NCBI GenBank assembly: GCA_951406725.2
Contig: OX597816.1
Location: 21,948,001-22,012,000 of the forward strand
Direction: 5' to 3'
Length of the DNA stretch: 64,000 bases
Source of the DNA: Octopus vulgaris
Lineage: Eukaryota
Shown here one piece after another: positions 54,973 through 64,000 of the stretch. A program made the position numbers and the translations under genes. Within the stretch, counting starts at the first letter, position 1. Each line of letters begins with the position of its first letter. Below the pieces are notes generated by a model. The model was not told the origin of the DNA. It saw only the letters and a program-made list of their open reading frames with translations, and did no database searches.

Positions 54973-55537
54973 CACGCGAGCAATATGTTTATACTGATAC
55001 CACGGTGAGTTTTTGCTGATTGTCTTATTTTTTTTATATTAACTTTTTGTAATTTGTTTTGTAGCTAGAAGTTGATCACATGCTGCGTTTGAATTGAGAA
55101 CATTAAAATCATTTTCAAGTTCGCTATCACTTCTCTCCTGATACGTCGTTCATGTTACTGCTCATTTGTCATTGGATGGTAGAATATTCTAAAGAGGGGT
55201 AAGAAGAACTTAGTGGCTTCTTCGATATAGAGAAAAATACACGATAGCAAAAACGATACCAGGTTTGTAGTATCGTACATCTTTCTCTGTCTCTTTTCTT
55301 GTTCCATACTTATCCTTCTCTTTGATAAATGGTAATACCAAAATGCCAGATATTCTCTTGTTTCTTCCTTTAACGGTTTTAGATTCATTGTACACTTTTT
55401 TGTTTTGATTTATTCACCTTTTACTTCCACACTTTTTAGACTTGTTGTTTGTTATATTTTTAGTTTTTCTCTTTTTCTAAAATTTAGGTTTTCTTCGTGA
55501 AATTTTATACATACAAATACTTACACACATACACACA

Positions 55538-55587
<50 letters not shown>

Positions 55588-55624
55588 AACACACACACTC
55601 TCTTTCCGGCAAAACTACATGTGC

Positions 55625-55660
<36 letters not shown>

Positions 55661-55679
55661 TTGATTTTTACCTGCTTCT

Positions 55680-55872
55680 ATCGTCAGACTACGGCCATAA
55701 TGGGGCACTGCCTTGAATTGTTGGTCGAATTAATCGACTCCAGTACCTGTTTGTTAAGCCTGACACTTATTCTATTGATATCTTGTGCTGGAGCGCTAGC
55801 ATACGCGGATGCAAACACACCACCACCCATTGTCAAGCGTGAGAGAAAAGGCTTTGACACAAACACACACAA

Positions 55873-55957
<85 letters not shown>

Positions 55958-56035
55958 TGTGTGTACGAGGGGTTTCTTTCAGATTCGGTCTGCCAAATCC
56001 GCTCACAAAGTCAACTCAGTTGGAGACACTTGCCC
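55680..56035 (-). mobile_element. Diverged headless SINE A
   Basis: GGGCAAGTGTCT core, microsatellite and decayed T4 tail. Confidence 0.7.
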
Positions 56036-56292
56036 ACTCAGAACGTAGCGGCAGACGAAATACCTATTTCTTTATTACCCACAAGGGGCTAAACACAGAG
56101 GGGACAAACAAGGACAGACATAGGTATTAAGTCGATTACATCGACCCCAGTGCGTAACTGGTACTTAATTTATCGACCCCGAAAGGATGAAAGGCAAAGT
56201 CGACCTCGGTGGAATTTGAACTCACAACGTAACGCAGACGAAATACCGCTAAACATTTCGTCGGGCGTGCTAACGTTTCAACCAGCTTGCCG
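56036..56292 (-). mobile_element. SINE B with start of a second monomer
   Basis: B1 tail followed by GGTATTTCGTCTGCCGCTACGTTCTGAGT, the same junction as at 29964. Confidence 0.88.
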
Positions 56293-57612
56293 TATACGTA
56301 CATATACGTACATATTCTGTGGGTATTTCTCCTGGAAGTCCTTACGTCTCATGCCTGTAGAGTGTTTCATAATATCATTAGGTTGTGTAAGGTGAGCCCA
56401 GTACACCACAGCTATCGTGTAACGGGATCCTCCCCATGAACACTTGATAAGGTTTTTGTTGTGTGGGACGAGGATTGTATGAATGGATGCTTGTGCCTGC
56501 GATTGCGTTCGATTTTACAAACAGTTAGCTATAGATAACTAGCTAAACCTCACGTCTTCGGAATTAAAATGTTTGAGATCTGCATCTACGGGTTCTAGAG
56601 AAATGCTGCACAAGTTTAAGAATCACTTTGCTATGCTGGTAGAATTATCTTAGTTAAATGGAAGATTATACCAGATTACCTGCATTTATCTAACTCACTT
56701 AGAATTTGATGATACATAATTTGTACTAACTTATCAGTAAAGCTAGTTATCGCAAGTGTCTCGTTACAATAGGGTTTGTAGTAAATACGAGATTCTTCTT
56801 GAAATACTTGTAAACTGATCTCTGTAGCTTTTGCTTGTTGAAATGTTGATGGATGTAAACCACGCCTTCTTCTAAGTCTTAATTCCTTCGCTTCAGTGTT
56901 TATATCGCTGATCGTCTTTTCTCGTCTATGAAAATTAGCGTAAGATAAGGAGCACTCAAATTATTACTGAATGAATTCAAACTCAGTCACGTGTGTTGGA
57001 TACTACTTTTCTTTCACCTTTGTTCTTCACTCACTCTTACATACAGATTTGTATCTTTGCGTGTGTGTGTGTGCGCGCGCGATTATTTTTATATTCATAT
57101 GTGTGAATTTATACACATAAGAATATACATACACGCACATACACATTTGTAAACGCACAAATATACATGTACACACACACGCGCACACGCACGTATATGC
57201 GCATGCACACACATACAAAGCCAAACAGCTATATTTATCCGTTCATTTAAAATTACTTATTGATTAATTGTTTGAATCTTAAAATCACAAAAAATATTTT
57301 ACAGTCTGTTCTTTTAGTTTCTTAATTGCATTTTCTGTCATAACTTGCTAAAAATTGACTACTTTTTGAGCATTCCATAGTGTGTGTCGAATGATATTTT
57401 TGGTAAGAATTTCGTAAGACTCGGGATATGCTTCGTTAGCATATTGATTTCTACTTGTATTCCTAATGTCTGTCTTCTTAAAGCAGGATTCTAGTTTACG
57501 AGTAAGTGTATTAATTCTATAGGTAAATATTTTTTATAGATATATATTTTTTATTTGTAATTCTGTGTGATTGAACGCCGTCAGAAATTTATGATTATGT
57601 ACATTATTTTCA

Positions 57613-57779
57613 TTATTTACATTTGACGGATTTTCATCGTCGTCTTGTTTGTTATTAACACAAGTTTTCGGCTGATATACCCGCCAGCTTTCATCAGGTA
57701 TATCAGCCGAGAGTATATCAGCTGAAACGTTGTGTTAACAACAAACAAGATGAAGGAAATATCCGTCAAATGTAAATAA
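57613..57779. mobile_element. Inverted pseudo-LTR-like palindrome with hammerhead motif
   Basis: Arms 57613-57680 / 57713-57779; minus strand ATAC-CTGATGA-AA-GCTG(GCGGGTATAT)CAGC-C-GAAA-ACTT-GTGT; the right arm keeps GAAACGTTGTGT. Confidence 0.75.
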
Positions 57780-59553
57780 CGTACGCAATTCCACATATCT
57801 TAAATATAGAACTGTATTCATGATTATGGTTCGGTTTGTTGCTTTTAGACTCATGTATTCTTAGCTTTCGTTCCTTTATTTCTTCATTTTATTTCCAAAT
57901 TTAAAACTACTTCGTTTTAAATATATTATTAGTAATTGTGTTTGTAAAAGCCTAATAACTGGCAGAGACATAAAAAAAGTCAGACGTAAAAGCTAAACGC
58001 AATTTTTGGCTGTTTACGTGGTGTACAAATCTCACTCAAGTCATCATCACCTTTCACTCTTCTAGGGTCGATAAAATAATTTTCAAGTCATGTACTGAGG
58101 GTGATGCAGTGGACATGACCACTCCCTTCAAAACCTACAACGCACTGGTCTCCCATTCAGAAGATAATGTGGGCTTTCGGTCACTAATATGCTGTGGAAA
58201 CCAAACAGCCCCCACCATGAAACATAGGCCTGAAAGGAAAAGTAAAAAGTGTGTGAACGACCATTATCTTTTTAAAATTTATGATTATGGTTGTACTGTT
58301 ATTTTAGATTCGATTATCCATTGTTTTCCGTCCGGCCTGCGAAATTTGTTTAAATTTATTATCAAAGAAATTGCTAACATAAAGTATTTTACATATTTTT
58401 GAAATCACGAGATGCTGTTAAAAATGTTTAAAATACTTGTAATATTGTTTGGCCATTATTTATCAAGTTCTTTAAAGAATGCTTATAATAACTGTCTCAA
58501 ATATAACTTAGAATATGACTACGATGATGTAAAGGAAAAACACTACAGATAAATGGCTAAAACTATATGTCTACCTTACGTATGTTGCAATCGAATGTGC
58601 GGTTACGAATGATGTATTTTTGATTACAAATTGATTCAGTTGCACAGGTTAGCATTTAACCACAGGAATAGGTATATAAACTATTCACACGACGTCCATT
58701 CACTGAAGTATTGTCTTTATCGAACGCGTGTTACTAAAATATATATGGTAGTTTCTTATCGTAAATGTTTGAGAGTTAGCCAAATATTTCACCCACTTTT
58801 CGGTGTGCGGTTTCCATGAAATTTTCAGAAAGGTTATCACATCATTTTCCTGGCAACCTATCAGGTATATTATATCTGTTAGTTTGAAATTCAGACGTAG
58901 ATTTTGGTATATATATTACAACATTTAACTAAATTGTAACTATGAAAGCGGTAGGATTTAGCAATGAATGGATCTGATAATTTTGCCTGTTTACTTCACA
59001 ACATTAAAGCTGATACACGTTCATCTGAAGATTTTGTTAAATGTATTAGCTATTTCACAAGTAGACAACATTATCATAACACTTAAGGTACTGTTTTGTT
59101 CTAATACTCTCTGTGAAAACTCTTCTAAAATGTACTACAGTATACAAAGTAATTCCTATATTGCTAGTGAAAAGATAACTGTTTACAAAATAGCGGATAC
59201 GTATAGGATCTTAATACGGTTGACATTTATTTTAGCGGGTTTTCGGCACTTTTTCATTTATCTCATGTAGACAGCTATCAGTAGGGCCAGGTTACTAGTT
59301 AGGTACACGGAAGACATTCCATATTCATAGTATTCTCTACATCAAATTTATGCAGTTTGAGTGGAGTATTAACTGCTTTATCACGCTCTACGATAGTAGA
59401 TGGTGAAGTGGCCATCTATTTCTACTTTACCTGTTTATATGATTAAAATTTTCCGGACGATGGCAGGTTTTTGCCATGATGTAATCTAAGAATGCATCAG
59501 TAAAATGGTGCCCTAAACAAGTGTTGTCAAGTTTGAACCCCGCATGTATCCTT

Positions 59554-59665
<112 letters not shown>

Positions 59666-59878
59666 GTAAGTATCCCACACCGGCATCACTTCAGTTGTCG
59701 GACCATCGAACAAAATGCTATGAAAGAGATGCCGCCGTGGCTTTCCTCCCCGACATCTGCAACTCGGAGTTTTATCATGTCCACCACATAATTGTCACAT
59801 ATTATATTTACAGATAAATTCCTCTATTTACATAATATCGAGGTCTCTTTCATTCTTTTGTTGTCTTGCCATTTCTAT

Positions 59879-59936
<58 letters not shown>

Positions 59937-60088
59937 TGTATATATATATATACACAATGTACTAATAGCTATTGATCTATCTATATATTTCTATTTATTC
60001 AATTTATTCAATTTATGTATACGTGAGCATATGTTCATCATTATATACACGGTGATACCAATATACACCTCCATATATGTGTGAGTGT

Positions 60089-60119
<31 letters not shown>

Positions 60120-60335
60120 ACTTATATTATTGTAAAACACTGTTTCAGTGAACACTAGATCGGCTATTTAAATGTTCAAATGAAATGGAGTGAGTGGAGT
60201 GAGACGCATAGGGCGGATGACAGAGCAAGAAACGAGAATAACAAATAATGACGCATAAAATGGCGAATATAAGGTCAAAGAAACAGCATGAGGAAGATCA
60301 AAGAAAATGTTCAGCTTACATGTTGGTTTGCAAGG

Positions 60336-60406
<71 letters not shown>

Positions 60407-60854
60407 GTTTCTCAAAATGTAAGCCTGTGTGTGTGTGTTTAGTGTTATTATAGTTTATGTATGCATGTGGTTCTTTGATGGTTTGTATACTCAAAAATAT
60501 TCATATATATGTCTATATACACAGTGATATCACAGTTCGTTTGACTGCATAGATAAACTTTTATTCGTTTAGCCATTTACATATTTCTGTCACTTGAGTG
60601 CGACCATACTTGAGCACTGCCATAAATAGACTTTTAGTCGAAAACTTCAATCCAGGACTTAATATTCGGAAGCCTAGTACATCTTACCACACACAACGTG
60701 TGTGTATGTGTGTGTAATTCCGAATGGGTAAGTATATGTGAGTGTGTGTGTAAGTACGTATGAATGAGTGTGTAAGTGTGTGTATGTATGTATGTATGTA
60801 TGTATATATATATGTATTTATGTATGCATATATGTATTTATGTATGCATATATA

Positions 60855-61086
60855 AGGCGGCGAACTGGCAGAATCGTTAGCACGTCGGGCGAAATGCTTA
60901 GCGGTATCTCATCTGCCGCTACGTTCTGAGTTCAAATTCCGCCGGGGTCGACTTTGCCTTTCATCCTTTCGGGGTTGATAAATAAAGTACCAGTTTCGCA
61001 CTGGGGTCGATGTAATCGACTTAATCCCTTTGTCTGTCCTTGTTTGTCCCATCTATGTTTAGCCCCTTGTGGGCAATAAAGAAATA
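60855..61086 (+). mobile_element. SINE family B
   Basis: Full copy. Confidence 0.9.
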
Positions 61087-61419
61087 TATATGTATGTGTG
61101 TATATTGTCCGAGTTTGTTTCTGTATAGTTTTCTGTTGGTCATTGCTCTTCACAAGCAAGCATAGACTTGTCTGTCACATTTGTAAAGATAAACATAATG
61201 AATGTGAATATACAACAAATAATTTCGGGTCAGCAAGGGACGAAAACGTTTGACAAAGAAACAACGTCGCCAGGACGTCATCCAGCCAGGTTGCTGGACT
61301 TTGCGAAAACAAAAATATTTGAACAGCGTCCCTGAGAAAGACAAATGACGTCGCTAAATTTACGCAACAATCAGAATTTGATCCTCAACTATAAACACAC
61401 ACACACACACACACATTCA

Positions 61420-61702
61420 CACACGACCAGACCATCAGATGTTGCTACACATCGCTTGTCACAATATATTTGCATTGTTTTAGCCTTCGAATGACGTCAC
61501 CCCTCCGGCTAAGCGAGCAGGCCAACAGCAGGAAGAGAGAGAGACAGTTGTGGCGAAAGAGTACAACAGAGATCGCCACCACCCCCTGTCGGAGTATCGT
61601 GTAGCTTTTAGGTGCTTTTGCTCAATAAACACTCACAACATTCGAAACCGCGATCCTACGACCGCGTGTCCGCTGCCCTAACCACTGGGCCATTACGCCT
61701 CA
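61420..61702 (-). mobile_element. SINE, head C plus tail T3
   Basis: C head with a small deletion; tail shared with 13235-13340. Confidence 0.8.
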
Positions 61703-61704
61703 CA

Positions 61705-61766
<62 letters not shown>

Positions 61767-61944
61767 CGACAGGCTTGTACTTAGTTTCCATTTACTAAAT
61801 TCACACACAAGTCGTTACTCACTCCGGGTTATAGTGCAAGACGCAAACTCTAGATACCGAGCTGTTGGTCTAAATTCGAAACCAGTCGGTTGCAACATGA
61901 AAATTTTCGCCACCCCATACTCTGAACGATAGGCTAGTATCCTA

Positions 61945-62461
61945 TCTCTATATATAAAACTGTAGTTGTGTGAGTGTCTGTCTCCTACGATTTAGATTCC
62001 TAACTCCTCCCACATTTTGCGGTGCAGTTTAACCAAATTCGGGTATCTTATAGTCGTGATTAATATCGAGCCCGTCTGGCTATTAGCGCGCGTCTTCGAT
62101 GAGTCTACGATTTTAAAAATAATTTAACATCATTTTTTATTCCATTTTAATGCATAATTTTTCGTGTGTCGATGGCGGCGGAGTTGGCGTCCACGCTCAA
62201 ACACCTGCACCTGTGATTGCTTCTACCCCTTGTTCCCTCCCTCGTGAAGCTGTGGGGAAGGGAGTGTAAGGAAATCAACGTCGTAATGCGTTGTCAAGGA
62301 GACCAGCGTTCTTTTAGAACAACGACTTCATGGCTTGAAGACACCAAAACAGAAATGGCTAAGAAAGCCCGAATTGGCATCTATAAAGGAAGTAACTCTC
62401 TAAAAATGCTTATATAGTTATTTCCCTTACAAACCCGAGCAACGCCGGGCGATACTGCTAG
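61945..62461 (+). mobile_element. Non-autonomous Helitron
   Basis: A|TCTCTATATATAAA ... CCCGAGCAACGCCGGG-CGATACTG-CTAG|T. Confidence 0.88.
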
Positions 62462-62864
62462 TATTGAATAATTGTTAATGATTCAAAATCTGCTGAACAG
62501 CAAATGATTATCATTTATCAAAGCTATGTATTCGAAATGTAATAAACTTACGTTTCTGAACTCTTGTCTTTTATTAATAAACGGAGTCAATGCCCTGGAT
62601 TGCTGAATCATTACAACATATTTCATTCAAGCAACTAATCGCTGAAATCTAACTTTAAAGTAAAACGCGGAATCTATTAAACGAATTTAGATATTAAAAT
62701 CTATATTAAGTGCGAATATATAGATTATAAATATCTACATTATATATATGTGTGTGTGTGAGTGTGTGAGTGTGTGCGTGCGTAGTGCTTACATATATTT
62801 TGTGTGTGTGTATAGACATATTTTTGTGTATATGTATATATGTATATATATATATATAATATAC

Positions 62865-62897
<33 letters not shown>

Positions 62898-62927
62898 CAT
62901 GTATATATGCATACATTATATATATCT

Positions 62928-62971
<44 letters not shown>

Positions 62972-63202
62972 GGGTTGCTGTGTATCTCTTTTCAAAAACT
63001 GTCCTAATTTAAATAATTACGCCAAAGTAATGGGTTTTCTAATCAGCAAATTTTAATTTCGGTTATTAATGAATTGTAAAAGTTAAAGATGAAATTACAA
63101 ATTTACATTTTCCGATGTTAATTTGTGCTTATGAGTGCATCTTTTTGTTGGTGCCTGTGTGTCTATATGCGTGTGAGTGTACACATATAAACTTATGTAC
63201 TA

Positions 63203-63255
<53 letters not shown>

Positions 63256-63493
63256 GAAAATAGTAAAAAGTGAAAAAACTACAGTAGGCTTGTTTTAGAA
63301 GGTTAAAAAAATATATATTTGAGTCATTATGTCTGAAGAATGTTATAATTTTTTTTCATACAATGACATAGTTTTTGAAGAAAGACCGGTTTCGCGTTCA
63401 GCTTTTCAAATTTCTTACAGCCTTCTGTAGTTTTTTCACTTTTTACTATTTTTTATATATTCAACCACGTGCTTTCACACACCAACTTTCTCA

Positions 63494-63540
<47 letters not shown>

Positions 63541-63543
<3 letters not shown>

Positions 63544-63925
63544 AATTAAGGACTGCACACGAAAAGTGGACAGTCAACATGCTAGATATAGACGTCAAAT
63601 CGCCATTCTCCACAAAAAGTTTATGTTCTCAGATCAAACTCAACAAAACCAAAGCAATAAACAAGTGAAAAATATACGAAATAAATATTTACCCATGTAC
63701 TAAATTTAGTTTCAGCTGTTATTTTCCGCAAGGAAAAGTGCATCATCATCAGCATGGTCCCATATAAAATGTAATTTGCTGGACTAAATGCCAACACGAC
63801 ACCAAAATATCGCGTGCATGGAGTCCGGCCTATTACATTTGAAATATATATTTCAAATGCTTTTACTTTTGGCGCGATGAGACCCGAGAAAACTAGCCTG
63901 CAGCTAATAGTTAGCAGCAGTAAAT
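63541..63925 (-). mobile_element. Penelope-like terminal fragment P3 between (TA)n tracts
   Basis: Contains a hammerhead with intact core; partly homologous to 49505-49602. Confidence 0.65.
63693..63757 (-). ncRNA. Type I hammerhead ribozyme, intact core
   Basis: CCATG-CTGATGA-[..TTTTCC(TTGC)GGAAAA..]-GAAA-CTAAATTTAG-TA-CATGG: stem I CCATG/CATGG, 12-nt palindromic stem III ACTAAATTTAGT, GUA site. Confidence 0.85.
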
Positions 63926-63959
63926 TATCTATATATATATATATATTAGTACATAAGTG

Positions 63960-64000
<41 letters not shown>

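Noticed and set aside
55040-55388. Minus-strand ORF faintly like GPCR loop 3/TM6
   Set aside because: No upstream transmembrane segments, stops present, no diagnostic motif
56300-57000. Unique-looking stretch, possibly LINE ORF1 (also 36420-36950 and 22610-23400)
   Set aside because: No recognisable motif by eye; needs BLASTX

Overview
AT-rich, microsatellite-saturated eukaryotic non-coding DNA, most likely from an octopus. This is inferred from tRNA-derived SINEs that resemble the octopus OR/OK types. I see no convincing intact host gene. Nearly all tracked ORFs are artefacts of (TA)n, (TG)n, (CTT)n, (CAT)n or (CTA)n tracts. The window is a transposon graveyard: about 35 SINE copies built from interchangeable head and tail modules, R4/Dong-like, CR1-like and RTE-like LINE remnants, decayed mariner and Tc1 transposases, two non-autonomous Helitrons, a Helentron-type element, a solo LTR and MITEs. 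The main unlisted signal is about ten type I hammerhead-ribozyme motifs from six unrelated sequence families. Most have a palindromic stem III and sit in or next to (TA)n tracts or in inverted-repeat arms, as in Penelope-like retroelements. One has an intact core (63693-63757, minus strand), and a four-copy family has an atypical CUGUNGA core. Other highlights are a minisatellite made from a mariner 3' end, fold-back transposase fragments, a miRNA-like hairpin and a candidate microexon. SINE labels A-D and tail labels T1-T4 are my own working names. All calls were made by eye, without database searches.
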